A stretch of 64,000 nt of DNA from Cenococcum geophilum (lineage: Eukaryota): assembly GCA_050273025.1 (NCBI GenBank), contig CP158636.1, positions 12,462,001-12,526,000 of the forward strand. Reading direction: 5' to 3'. Below the pieces are notes generated by a model that made no database searches, was not told the DNA's origin, and saw nothing but the letters and a program-made list of their open reading frames with translations. Positions 1 to 12,732 of the stretch are shown one piece after another (positions within the stretch are counted from its first letter, which is position 1; every line of letters begins with the position of its first letter). The position numbers and the translations under genes were made by a program.

Positions 1-735
1 AAGATTAGCCAATAGCGTATCTAGATAAGATACAGACTTTCCTATTTAACGAATTTAATATTCAGGTCTCTACTATAACTGTCTACCGTACTCTTGAGAG
101 AGCTTCCTAGTTACGGAAGGTGGTTACAGCTCGGGCGGCTCAAAGGAGCGCTCCCCTCCGTAACGCCTGGATTAGTATATAGAAGAGCTAGGTAGCAGAG
201 TAGCTTATATTTCTTAATAAATCGGCAGCAAATAAAAGAACTAGTGATAGGAAGTACGGCTGGTTACTAGAAGGGACTATATATAGTATAGCACGCGTAC
301 TTAAGAGGTTAGAGAGGTGGAGCATTCTACCAGCGTTAGCAGTTAACGGATATCTTAGCTACCTCATCTTTTAAGGCTCTATTACCTCTGCGATATTTAA
401 AGCCTTTATAGAGGATTAGGTACTGCCTCATTATACGCTATATCCGGGGCCATAATTAGTCCTTATTCTTAATAACGCCGTAATCTACAAATTAACACGG
501 CTTCAAGAGCTTTGTAAGCAATACGGCGTCTTACTAAAATTCCTACCACCGTACTCGCCAGATTATAATCCTATTAAGGCTATATTTAATAACATTAAGG
601 CTTAGATTAGAAGGAACCAGCGGCTAGTTAAGGACTTTAAGAGCTTTAAGAGCTTCTTATATTTTGCTGTTAGTTAAGTATATAGTACGCACGCAGGAGC
701 TTACTTCCGAGAAGCAGGATATATTATAGATTAAT
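1..735 (+). mobile_element. RIP-decayed Tc1/mariner (IS630-like, DDE_3) transposase, C-terminal part; runs in from left of window
   Basis: Hand translation gives WSILPAL (~318), VLIL(N<D)NA.I(Y<H) (~460) and FLPPYSPDYNPI(K<E) (~540), the DDE_3 motifs; many TAA/TAG from CpA->TpA changes. Confidence 0.85.
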
Positions 736-829
736 AGATAGATACTATCTTAATTGCTTAAACTTTAAGATTAGAGGCCTAATTCTATATAGCGTTCTAA
801 TCTTAAAGGTATAGTTCTCCCATTAATCT

Positions 830-2265
830 GACGTTATGCCTTTACCTAGCTTCTATAACTTTAGCGAGTTAATATTCTATTCTTCCTCTACTAACTTATC
901 CTTAATTAGCTCCAAAATAGCCCTCTACCTCTTGCTATTAAACTCTAGCTAGTTAGCCAGCCACTTAAAAAACTGGTTAAGTAGCTTAACTAGATCTGTT
1001 TCCAACTAAACGGGGCTTAAGTTTTAGGGTGCTTTAACATTCGAATATAGTGGAGGATATTATTAAGGAAGGTAAGGATTTTAGCCTATAGATTTAAGCT
1101 CCTTTATAAGCATAACTAACACCAGCTTTTTAAGATGCGATATAGTAGAATCTTCCTTCTCTACTACTGGCTCCTTCCGGCTCTTCTGACTCCTCTCCCT
1201 ATAGTTAACTAAGTTAATAATAAGATGTTGCGACGGCTGCTTAATAGTAGAGTCACTAGAGAGAAGCTCATTATTCTACTACTGGAAGTTTTCTGTACTA
1301 ATAGGATAATGGTTAATTGCAGTATTGGGTAAGTCGGGCAACTTCTTATCCTACCAGCACGTCTTACCTTTATTATGGCAATGTATATTTATACAAGGCC
1401 ACTTATCTACAATCGCCGGCATTCTATTACCAGAAGCATCCTCAGCAGTAAGTACGTTAGGTAGATTGGTAAGTTAAGCTTATATAGCTATCCTTCTGCC
1501 CACGGGCCTAATAACTACTTACTAACTTAAAGTCATGGCAGGAGCCTAAGTCTCTAGCTCCTTCTCCTTAACCAAATATAAGGTGAAGTTTAAGGATAGA
1601 GACCTTAACGGCCAGCGCTTATGCCACTCCTTAATCATGGCGAGAGCTTAATTTAGATCCTCACTTAACCAAATATCTTAAGGGCAGCAGTTAGCTTACC
1701 GGGCCTTCTTATAGGAGGCAACAGCTTAGAGCTGAGTGATCTTAAACTTCCGTGGTAATAGATATTGTACAGTCTCGTCCTGCCATAGATCTAGCTTAAA
1801 GTAGTATATATTTTTGGTGTCAAATACAGCTAACTTTGTGCCAGAAAGAGACTCATTTTTACTACTCGTAACTGCCTTCCAAACACTTATAAAGCGTGCA
1901 GGCGGCGGCGGCAGCGGCGAGTCTACATCCTCATCTTCCACCTCCACAGGCTCCTTGGTATTCTCATCCTCGCCCTCATTAACCTCATCTGCAGATATAG
2001 GCTCTACGGGCGTTGCCAGCGACGGCGGCAACGGTGACGGTAACGGTGACAATAATAGTGACGATAATGGTGACGGTAACGGTAACGGTAACGGTACTGG
2101 TATTGTCTTCTGCCTCTTCTTCGCTACCTTCGCCTTCCTCTTCACCTTCTTCTTAGGCGGCTGTAAGATAGCAGAAGCAGGCATAGATTAAGCCCGCTTT
2201 CGTTCGGAAGGCTTTTGAGGACGACCTGACGATCAAGTAGGCTACTGCTGCTATTGGGGCGCCAT
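830..2265 (-). pseudogene. RIP-decayed ORF of unknown function convergent with the transposase (basic K/R patch, Pro/acidic linker, WPC.N.HC.NKGKTCW...HYP motif)
   Basis: ORF track 1726..2184(-) continues in frame through RIP-type stops to about 830; Cys/His cluster near 1300-1420. Confidence 0.55.
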
Positions 2266-2589
2266 AAGATGCAACACCAAGATTTCTATATAATCGACTT
2301 AACTAGGTAACGCGCCAGCTTCAATATTTGGGCACTTACAACAGGTGGTTAACGTATTATAGGTGGTTAAAATCGAAAGAATTACCCCTCATACAAATTT
2401 TGGTAGGGGGTGATGCGGCTCTTTCGCGTCCTAAGCGAGTTCCCGATCTTTTCCAAGAGACAGTAGTTTATTAACACGATCCAAATGGAACATCAATAGT
2501 AGCTACCAGGTTCCCGGGCTCCACCGCGTGGAGGTGCAGAGGCCGATTTCATTAAGCCCTATTATATAATTATAAGCGGTTTCTAGTGT

Positions 2590-4368
2590 TCTAATATAAG
2601 AGATCTATGCTAGTCTCTGCGTTAGCTAAGTTAGTACCCTTTAGCGTCCGTTTGCTCCCTTATAATGCAGTTTTAGAACCTCTAAATACTTCTCTCTATA
2701 TCTAAGCTTCTGCTTCCACCTTCGCGTTAAGCTCTATACTTAGTAGGGGCTCCTAAGTTACTAGGACTTAAATTAGGGCGTATATACTATTATTTAGCGC
2801 TATTTAAAGTGTTAATTGGAGGATTCTCTAGCCCTTTTTCTTCTTAGAGTAGTTAATAATTTACAGCCGGCCGATCTTTTAGGGGGCCTCCTCTGCCTAT
2901 ATAAAGCTCTCTTATATAGCTGTCTCCTTTAACTTCCTTTTCTTAGCTTATTACAAGGCCTCTTTAGTAGTAATCTTATACTATAATTGTAATTACTGTC
3001 CGCCTATAGGCACCTTATAGGTGTCCGCGTAGTATATTAGCGTAAAGGCCCTAATTACTACGGCCTTCTCCCACTATATCTGCTTAACGCTATACGCCCT
3101 ACTCTATGCTTTATGGTCTGCCTTATAGTTAATACACTTCTTAGGTAGATCTCCTATGCATTTACTAATATTATATTATTTAGCGCAGTATCTATATCTA
3201 GTCTCTCTCCTATAGCTCTTAGCTATATGGTTAAATCCCTAGCATTTAAAGTACTGCGTTATTAGGAACGTTGTCTTATACCTTATAACTAGGTAGTGGT
3301 CTCCTCCTAGGAAAAGGCCCCGATTAAATAGCGCATTTACTATCTCTTCTAATTATACGCCTATAATAAGCAATAATTTAACCTTTCTTCTATCCGGACT
3401 CTTCCTAGCCTTTTCTACGCTAATTTCTCTACCGTAAGCCCCGCTATAATATAATTCTACTTTATTATGTACTCTATTGTCTGCTTAGCTTTTAGGCCCT
3501 AAATAGCGAGGCTTATAGGCACCGCATAGACCTCTATTAGCACTAGTAGTACAGCTAGTATAGTAGAGCGCCCTAGGACTTTCGTCTACTTTATTTCTTA
3601 TAGCAGCCTTTCTCTTACATCTTTATCTGTAATATACGCCCTAACGTTGCCGCTCTATAGTTTTTTTATAGCCTATATCTTGTGGGTATCTAGGGGTCCT
3701 ATAGCCTAGAGCTTATATACTAGGGCTTAGCTATTCTACTTTAATGTCTCCTTACGGTCAGTAATATCTTCTATGCGGATTATAATCTTATATACTTCTG
3801 TGGGTTTATAGGTAGCTTATCTTATAGCTTAGGGCATTATAGGTATAGTAACAGCGACGTTTGCGTATAATAGCGGGCCTATAGACGCCGGTCCGCTCTT
3901 TATTATTATTATAGTCCTCTAAAGGGCGCTAATATCCGTCCGGATTGCCCTTATATCTTAGGCGTACTATTCCTGGGTTCCTTAGGTCTAGATAAGCTCT
4001 GCTAATATAGTAAAGGTTGCCCTAAGGGTTATAATTACGGTAGTAATAAAGGAGAGCATAGTAGTGCGCTTTTCTTCTACATTAAGAGATCGTTCCTATA
4101 GCACCTACTAAGTTTATTCTGCTGCTTATATAGTCTATAGGACGCTTTCCTAAAGGGCGCGTTGTTTAATTAGGGTTGTTAGGGTTAGGGGCTTATTTGT
4201 TTATTATAATCCGGCTTTAGAAGCTATATGCTAGAAAACACCACATATACCTCCACTAACGCCGAATTAGGGTGTGTAGTGTTAATAAAAGGGGTTTCTG
4301 TTACCTTCTAGGGCTCGTGGGAGCCCTATTAGGCTTATTTCAAAGGTTTCTTCAACAGGCGATTGCAT
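2590..4368 (-). mobile_element. RIP-decayed gag-like ORF1 of Tad1-type LINE (CCHC zinc knuckles); no ORF2 follows
   Basis: De-RIPed translation ITQCFKCQGFNHMAKSCRRETRC..C..H...C and KC.NC...H.AW at ~3100-3270; YANVA motif ~3860; ATG at 4368. Confidence 0.75.
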
Positions 4369-4649
4369 TGTATAAAAGAAGATAAAATTAAACTAATAGT
4401 GTCTATATTTTATAGTTTTGGTATTCCTACCCCTACCTTGCTTACAAGCTAGGACCACCTCTTAGAAGAATTTTCTCTTCAGACAAAGGGGGTAAAAAGG
4501 TAGCTAAATCCACCTCTAGCTCGATAGGTAGTAGGAATTAGGTCTTAAGAGTTAGAAAATCGATTGTTTTTGATAGTAAGATAGGTATGCGTAAGTTTGG
4601 AAGTGCGGCGCCACCTTTTAGTAAGGTTGTATGTGTGGTGAAACTTTTT

Positions 4650-5507
4650 AGGACGCTAGTTTATTAAGCTATATTAGCAGCTAAATACAGATTAAGCAGC
4701 ATGCTTTAATACTGTTATTACCTCTATAAATGCGGATCCGTAGACGGCCCTTTTCTTCCTTTAGGGCCTTATAGATACTAGGAAAACATTTCTCTATTAC
4801 TGCCTCTGCTACTACTACCGCTTATATAGTAAGATTATTCTTTGCGTAGCTTCTTCCGGTATTATAGCCCTTTTACTACTAAGCGGCTATACCGCCTACT
4901 CCCGTTTTTAGATACCTATTAATCTATATAAGGAATCTACTTATAATATCTCTAAAAGCTTAAATCTAGCCAAGCTTTTATGCCGTACCTCTCTAATTAC
5001 TTAGAATAAGGTGCTAATATAGCACCGCTACTACTTTAAAGCCGTGCACCGTATACTTACGGATATCCATTTTAATGACTTTACCTTTAGCGGACTCCCT
5101 ACTATCTTAAGTGGTAATTTTATTTAGATACTACCTGTTATCCCATAGGGGAACCACGTAGCTATTATAGGTACCTGCCTATAGTAGTTATTTCCTTAGC
5201 CTACCTTTTATATACTATCCCTGCGGTTAAATATATATGTCCGCTAAGGCGAGGTTAATTAGTAGTTTGCAGCTTAGGTACGGAGCTTATTCTATAATAC
5301 GCCCCTATCTAGCAGCGTTGGTATCCCGTTTAGTATAGCCCAGTTCTGGTTTAAGGAATCCTTCTATAAGTATATATACCCTCTGCAACTGCTTACGCGG
5401 GTATATACTATATTTAATACCTTCTATAATCGCGCTATTCTAACTATTTATAATAATACTGTAGCTAAGATTAATAAAGCTATCCTTATGCGGCTTTATA
5501 TTAGCAT
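4650..5507 (-). pseudogene. RIP-decayed unidentified ORF within TE block
   Basis: Long largely single-frame translation from ATG ~5507 with RIP-type stops; no family recognised. Confidence 0.3.
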
Positions 5508-5519
5508 TTTGTTGGGGTG

Positions 5520-7052
5520 CTAAGATTCTGGAGGCCTCCTGCCAGGATCTTGATTTTCCTAATCGTCCTAGTCGTCCTAACAGGATCTTAATCGTCCTAA
5601 TCGTCCTGATAGGCTCCTGCCAGGATCTTTAATTTTCCTAATTGTCCTGTTAGGTTCCTAATAGGAAACTAGTATTTCCTGATCGTCCTGACAGGCTCCC
5701 GATAGGAAACTAGTATTTCCTGATCGTCCTGTTAGGTTCCTGACAGGATACCCCCCAAGCAACACCCCTCCCCCCCCCCCCCCCCAAAAGCGACACCTCC
5801 TCTGCACACCCCTCAAGCGACACCCCCCCCCCAATGCGATACCTCCCCCCTAATGCGACACCTCCCCCCTAATGCGACACTCCCCCCTGTGTGCGCGTGC
5901 GTGCGACACACAGTGCTATCGGGTCCCCGCTATATTCCTGATAACCTACACATGCCTCTGCCAAATTACCCCCTTTGTAGCCACCTTATTTTTTGCCCTT
6001 CCTTACATCCTCCCTACCTTAGGAGGCACTAGAATGGCAGCCAGCAGAGGACCGTCGCTAGAACTAGACAACTGTCGCTAGAACCAAACGACCGTTACCA
6101 GAACCAGATGACCGTTACCAGAACTAGACGACCGTCGCCAGAACCAGATGACCGTCACCAGAACTAGACGACCGTCGTTAGAACCAGATGACCGTTGCCA
6201 GAACTAGACGATGACTGTTTGAACGACTAGCCAGCAAACACCACGAACGATTCAACTAATTGATCGATCGAATTGAACCAGAGCTTTAATATCGACCCGT
6301 CACCAAATCGAATTAAGGTCTCCTAGGGAGGCACCCCAGACAACCACCGTTCGAATGTAATTAGAGCCTTCAATCAGGCCGACCCTTCCCCCGAATTTGA
6401 ATTAGACACTGACATAGGCAGACAGGCAGGCAGGCAGGCAGGCAGGCAGATAGGCAGACAGGTAGACAGATAGATAGGCAGACAGGCAGACAGGCAGGTA
6501 GGTAGGCACTAGGCCTAGTTAGGAAATCAACACACGGCCGGCGGATTATCGGGAATACCGCCAATTGACGGTTTGGAGCCTCTGCGAGAGCCTTACCCCT
6601 CGTCTCCTCAATCGCTTGACGCCTAAGTAGACATAGACACAGACACAGACACAGATATAGGTGGTAGGTAGGAAGGATCGATTTGGATTATTTAGATAGC
6701 TTAAAGCATCCTATATATAGAATAGGGCCTAAAATTAAACTGATTTTTATATTTTAACTGCTATAAATACTGGAGTATTAATATACCTCGTTTTGAAATC
6801 TATAATTTTAATTATTTTAATTATCCTAATCATCCTTATTGTCCTAATTATCCTAATGGTCCTGATGGTCCTGATGGTCTTGGAGGTCCTAATGGTCCGT
6901 ATAGTCCGTGTAGTCTGTATAGTCCGGGCGGCTTCCTAATAGGCTCCTGATAGAAAGCCGGGTATAGGTGTCTTCTGGAGATCTTGGCAGCCCTGACAGG
7001 AGTTATTAAAAGCCTGTTAGTACTGTTAGGAGGCATAAACAATTTGCTGATG
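5520..7052 (-). mobile_element. Second, inverted member of the repeat-rich non-autonomous TIR family (see 11304-13659); left end not located
   Basis: 5917-6510 is the reverse complement of 11630-12732 (e.g. ATCGGGTCCCCGCTATATTCC vs GGAATATAGCGGGGACCCGAT); ends ..AATTTGCTGATG at 7052, resembling the CATCGGCAAAAT terminus; own arrays (TCCTGATCG-like 5520-5750, GCGACACCTCCCCCC 5750-5890). Confidence 0.65.
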
Positions 7053-7311
7053 TACGGCTCCCTAAGTACCTTTTATTCTATAGTACTGTAGAATAAAGTA
7101 GAAAAGAAGAACATGCGGAACGTTGGTCCCCCAACGTAAATTTTAACCCGAGTTTATAAGTAATAAGCCAATTAATTAACCTAAAGCTTTAACTTAGAGC
7201 TTTATTATATAGACTTTAATTAATATATATAGAGATGAGGTTTTCTAGGAGGAGACCCCCTAGGACCCCCCTATATAAAGCTTTTGCTTAATTTAAAAGT
7301 AGTAGTAAGAT

Positions 7312-7410
7312 TAAGGCGCCTTAGTCACCGCTAGGTAAGAATCTACTACAGTAACTAAGGCGCCTTAGTTACTACTAGGTAAGGATCTACTGCAGTAACT
7401 AAGGCGCCCT
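7312..7410. repeat. ~44-bp tandem repeat, about 2.3 copies
   Basis: TAAGGCGCCTTAGT.AC..CTAGGTAAG.ATCTACT.CAGTAAC repeated. Confidence 0.75.
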
Positions 7411-8089
7411 ACTTAAGCTAGGCTTAAAGATTATATTGGTTACGGATCTAGTATATATCTAGACTATAGAGCTTTAATACAGAGCCCTCTACGTAGGATC
7501 TAATATAGTAGATTATAATTCTAATTTAAAGCTTTATATATTAAATATTTTTAATGCCTAATAACTAAATCGCCGCATAGCTAGAATTAAAGTAAGTTTA
7601 CTACCCTAACTCGATTAAATACGCGCGTAAGAAGAGATATAACTATATACTGGGACCCCTCCCCCTTAACGGGCAAAGGTAGTGCGGCTACAGGAGCAAT
7701 GTTTAATATAATTGATTAACTATGGTTCAAATATACAATAACGCGATGGCTTGGCGACGACGTAATAGCTTGGCGTTAAGTAATGGGAGGGAGAGAAGGA
7801 GGGGGAGGAGATTAGGGGGGGGTAGCTTAGCCACTATAAGAAGGTTATAATATTAGTATGGTGTTAAACTTTAAAAATTATATCCCGGGAGCTTAATTAA
7901 CGACCCCTATATAAAACGTTAACAACGTTTAATTATAGAGCTTTAAACTAGTAGATCTTCTAGGAATACCTATTATAAGCAGCTCCAAGTATAAAATCTA
8001 GAATATTTAGTAGTAGTATAAGTATGGGATAGGGTATATATTTACGTTCCCAAATATCGTTATATAATGCAATTTTTAGGTAACGAAAA

Positions 8090-8580
8090 CTAGCTATTAA
8101 TATTGCTCGACTAATACCTACTAGAGGTTCCTCCGTCCTTTTTATCTTCTCTTTTACCCGTCTCCTTATCTAATGCTATTTATATCGCCACGTTAACTAA
8201 TAGATCCCTTAGTAGGGACTAAGGAGGAGTATTAGAGTACCTCTAGCTCTTATAAGGAAGAAGAAAAGAAGAGAGGAAGGTATAAAGGGAGTATTTATAG
8301 ATAGGAGGAGGCCTGCGAGTATAGAAGATTAGACAGCTATAATATAGCTATTAATGTTACTTAACTAATACCTACCGGAGGCTCCTCCATTTTTCCTATC
8401 TTCTCTCTCGCCTATCTCCTTATCCGATACTATCTATATCGCTATATTAACTAATAGATCCCTTAGTAGGGACTAAGGAGGAGTATTAGAGCACTACTAG
8501 CTCTTATAAGGAAGAAGAAAAGAAGAGAGGAAGGTATAGAGGAGGGAGTATTTATAGACGGGAGGAGGCCCTATAAGTAT
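8090..8580. repeat. ~250-bp direct tandem duplication, RIP-mutated
   Basis: Shared AATAGATCCCTTAGTAGGGACTAAGGAGGAGTATTAGAG and TAAGGAAGAAGAAAAGAAGAGAGGAAGGTATA at ~8200-8285 and ~8452-8540. Confidence 0.85.
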
Positions 8581-8709
8581 ATAATTTGGTAAGTACTAAT
8601 AGCATAAGATTCTTATATAAGATGGACTTAACTACTTACTAAAATACGGGGTGTCTCTATTACTGTAGTAGCTACTACAGTAGTAAAGACGCCTTAAATA
8701 TTTAATATA

Positions 8710-9247
8710 ATTAACTACTAAGGCTGTTAATAAGTGGAAGGTAGGCTACCAATATAGTGCGAACAATGTAGTTATTAATATCGTTTATAACCTGTTTTTA
8801 CTTTTAGTATATGCATAAATCGTCCTTATATTTAGCGTAAAGCTAGTTATAGGCAGTAAACTAGTTTGGGTCTAGCTTTGCTATTAATATAGCTATAGGT
8901 AGTATGTCTTTTAGTGTAGGCTAACTTAGTAGTTCTAGCTTTAAAAGATTGTCTTTCTTCTTAGATAGGTCGATATACTGCTATATCTTATTAGTTTTGG
9001 CTATATCTTAGATAATAAAGAACTATTAAATCCAATTAGATAGCTTATTAAGGATAAGGTTAATTTTTAATTTAGTAGAGGTTATTATTTTTAGAATTTA
9101 ATAGGTTAAGAAGGGTCTAGGGTTAGGGTCTAGCTAGTGTTTTAGTAAAACCTTATTTAAACATTCCGAACTTTTGATTTAATTTATTAGTTTGTTTATT
9201 AGTTAAATACGTTTATTAACTAGGGTTAATCGTCCGTTCGTTTAATA
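8710..9247 (-). mobile_element. Copia-like LTR retrotransposon fragment (short putative 5' LTR plus gag N-terminus), RIP-decayed
   Basis: De-RIPed IL..PSDWIQWFFII...AKTNKIWQYIDP, typical of fungal Copia gag N-termini; RIPed TG..CA-like short LTR ~9155-9247 interrupts the Helitron frame. Confidence 0.55.
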
Positions 9248-11303
9248 GGTAAAGAAGCTTAAGACACTATAAAGGTAGTAGAAGTAGTAACTTCCTACCA
9301 ATAAGTTCTCTTATTAAGCTGTGGGTATATACCCTAATACGTACTCTAGTTATAGTTATAATTAAGCTCCCTATTACTAAGCCTATTAGGATCCTTAATT
9401 TTAACTCTATTAGTATTTTAAACGCGGGTATATAAGGCCTTAAAGAACTAGTATAGCTCTAAGTCGTCTGCGAAATCGCCCTTAAACTTATTAATATTAT
9501 TAGCAGTTTTATAACCTTCCTCTAGTTTCCGATTATAGAAGTAGTTAGGCGGGTGCTAATAAGAGTTAACGCAAGTCTAATAGGAAGCTATATAATTAGG
9601 GGCCCCAAATCTATTAATATAAGTAGCTATTTCCTTATACTCCCTTTATAGGTAATAAAGAATAAGCTTTATATAGCAGAACTTAGAATACTACGGATAG
9701 GAACGATCGCTATTATATTACGAAAAGTATAATATAACTTAAGGCCTTGCTCTTAGCCAACGCTTATAAGTAGAGTAATTAAAATAGAGTAGAAAATTAA
9801 GGAAAGTAATATCCTCTACCCTATCTAAGCGGCGCTTATATTTCTTATAGTTAGATAGTCTATACCCTTTTAGTTGCCTATTATTAAGCTTATATATAGC
9901 GCTTTAATTATCCTCCTAGTAGTAGTTTAAAGTTATTATATTCCTAGAGCCTTTATAAAGGGGAATATTAAGAAGTAGATAGTATACCTCCTATGCTAAC
10001 TAATTGCGTTTAGTAATAAGCTTATTTATAAACCTAGCCATAACCAAACTAAAGGTATAAAGGCTATTAGCGTGCGGCTATACTAATTAAAGTAACTCCT
10101 AGTAAGAAGTCGACTTCTTCTCTTCCTTACTGTAATACTTGCCTATATAGTTAACTATTACTAATATGCTTATAGCGGGTAATATATTAATATTCGCTAT
10201 CCACGCTAATATTATAGCTGTATTATAACTATTAAGAAGCTTATTATTACGCTATAGACAGAACGTCCAGTAATATAGATTTTAATCCTTTAATACAGCG
10301 GCCTTATTATAGAGAGAGCGTAAAAAATAGAAGCGGCACTCCTTTACTCCAGTAAAGCCTTTCTTTAATCTCAAGTAGTAAGATTTAGTGTAATTACGGT
10401 GCCGTTGAAATCGATTAAGGTAGGTAGTAAGAAGCTTACTAGTATTAAGCTATTCTTTATAGCTAAGAGTAGAAGGATATTAGAGATTAGGAGGCCTAGA
10501 TTAATTAGGATTAATTATAGATATAAAAGTAGCCTAGTACTTAGCAAAAGCCGCCCTTAATTTAATAGTTGACAGATCTGGCCTTAGGGCTATTAAACTC
10601 TATAAGAAGCTATATATATAGCCGCTACTTTATACCTACCACTTATATTAAGACCAAAAGTTAGTGCTATTAAATAGGCCTATAAGTATGTACTTTCTAA
10701 ATAAATCGAAGCGGCGATATAACCAGTAAGCAGCAATATATAGATTATTGTTAAGATTCTAAGAAGCAATCTAGTAGCGCTAAGCCTTATTAGTAGCCTT
10801 ATATTTATTAAATAGAGGCATATAAGAGTGTAGATTATACCAATATAGATTAGTAGCGCTAAGTGTAAAGAATAGAGACCCGCTCTTAATATTCTTAATA
10901 TAAGCTATAAGCTTATTTCTCTTCTGCCTCTAGTAAGGTCTAGTGCCCTTAAGGTTCTGTATATGCTATATAATCTTATTTAATAACTAGCTACCCCTAT
11001 TACTATTTATAAGATTACTAAGCTTATTTAAAGATAGACTTTTTTATTTAATCGGCTGTAGAGGAAGCGGGTGGCATTAAGGGCTTACTCTTTTATAATC
11101 CAATTAAACATATAATAGTAAAATAAAGGGTGGCGGCTAAACTGACCGTCCTAATACTTAAGCATATACTTAGCGTACGCAGCTAGGGTAACCGTACGGC
11201 TTTATAGCATGTTAAAATCGGCTTTACTATAAGAAAACAGAGTAGGAAAGGCGCTGCGTATAATAAAACTAGCTAATTGCTTAGAGAGAGGTGTCTATCG
11301 CAT
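9248..11303 (-). mobile_element. Non-canonical Helitron (Helitron2/Helentron-like) Rep region, RIP-decayed; helicase half missing
   Basis: De-RIPed motifs AFPTLFPYG.ADFN, GRFGRHP, GTRPYW, LFFTLSA.DLHW, YEWQ..GSGH, WMANID, NYIGKYCSK, RDWSAQEVCHLLL, LG.RELD..YDW. Confidence 0.85.
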
Positions 11304-11629
11304 CATCGGCAAAATATGGTACCCTTTTAATGGCCTCAATGGCTGGTGGTTGACGCAATTGGCGCGCAGTTGAGGTCATTTGGCAACTCGACCGACTAGC
11401 CTATGTCGTGTTTTTTTGACACGCAGCCTGCGCGCAGCCTGCGCGCAACCTGCGCGCAACCTGCGCGCAACCTGCCAGCAATCTACGCATTTGGCAACCA
11501 TAATTATATTTACCTCTTTTATACTAATAGCATATTTTAAATAAATAAAAGCTATTTTAAAGCTATTTATAAGGCTAGCAAAATAAATATTATTATTTTA
11601 GATAATTTAATATAATATAGCGATGGTTC

Positions 11630-11965
11630 TCTTCTACCTATCTACCTATTGACTTACCTACCTGCCTATCTACCTACCTGCCTGCATCGCCTACCTGTCT
11701 ACATTGCCTACCTGTCTGCATTGCCTACCTATCTACATCGCCTACCTATTTGCATCTGCCTACCTGTCTATATCTGCCTACCCGTCAGCATCTACCTACC
11801 TGTCTGCATCTACCTACCTATCTGCATCTGCCTGCCTATCTGCATCTACTTACCTATCTGCATCTGCCTGCCTATCTATATCTACTTACCTGTCTGCATC
11901 TACCTACCTGTCTACATCTACCTACCCGTCAGCATCTACCTGTTTATGCCTACCTGTCTGTGCTA
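11630..11965. repeat. Degenerate ~18-bp minisatellite (CTACCTGTCTGCATCTAC-like)
   Basis: Directly visible; gives spurious YLPICI-type ORFs. Confidence 0.9.
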
Positions 11966-12014
11966 CCTTAATTCGATCAATCGATCGAATCATTTATAGT
12001 GTTCGCTGGCTAGT

Positions 12015-12600
12015 CGTTGTCGTCTGGCTCTGGCGACAGTCGTCTAGTTCTGGCGACGGTCGTCTGGTTCTGGCGACGGTCGTCTGGTTCTGGTAACGGT
12101 CGTCTGGCTCTGGTAACGGTCGTCTAGTTCTGGCGACGGTCGTCTGGTTCTAGCGACGGTCATCTGGTTCTGGCGACGGTCGTCTGGCTCTAGCGACGGT
12201 CGTCTGGTTTTGGCGACAGTCGTCTAACTCTGGAGACGGTCGTCTGGTTCTGGCAACGGTCGTCTGGCTCTAGCGACAGTCGTCTGGCTCTAGCGACGGT
12301 CGTCTGGTTCTGGTAACGGTCGTCTGGTTCTGGCGACGGTCGTCTGATTCTAGCGACAGTTGTCTGGCTCTGGCGATAGTCGTCTGGCTCTAACGACGGT
12401 CGTCTGGTTCTGGCGACGGTCGTCTGGCTCTGGCGACGGTCGTCTGGTTCTGGTAACGGTCGTCTGGTTCTGGTAACGGTCGTCTGGTTCTGGCGACGGT
12501 CGTCTGGTTCTGGCGACGGTCGTCTGGTTCTGGTAACGGTCGTCTGGTTCTGGTAACGGTCGTCTGGTTCTAGCGATAGTCATCTAGTTCTAGCAACGGT
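12015..12600. repeat. 20-bp minisatellite GACGGTCGTCTGGTTCTGGC, roughly 29 copies
   Basis: Directly visible; roughly 8 inverted copies at ~6050-6215. Confidence 0.95.
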
Positions 12601-12732
12601 CCTCTGCTGGCTGCCGTTCTAGTGCCTCCCTAGGTAGGGAGGATGTAAGGAAGGAAGGAAGGGTAAAAAATAAGGCGGCTACATAGGCAGAGACACGTGT
12701 AGACGCTATCGGGAATATAGCGGGGACCCGAT

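Noticed and set aside
4170..4190. TTAGGG telomere-like repeats
   Set aside because: Only 2-3 copies inside a RIPed gag ORF
12015..12600. CRISPR-like look of the 20-bp array
   Set aside because: Units are contiguous with no unique spacers, no cas genes, fungal context
5917..12732. One 6.8-kb element bounded by long TIRs
   Set aside because: The right arm lies inside a separately bounded element (11304-13659) with its own TSD; better explained as two inverted family members
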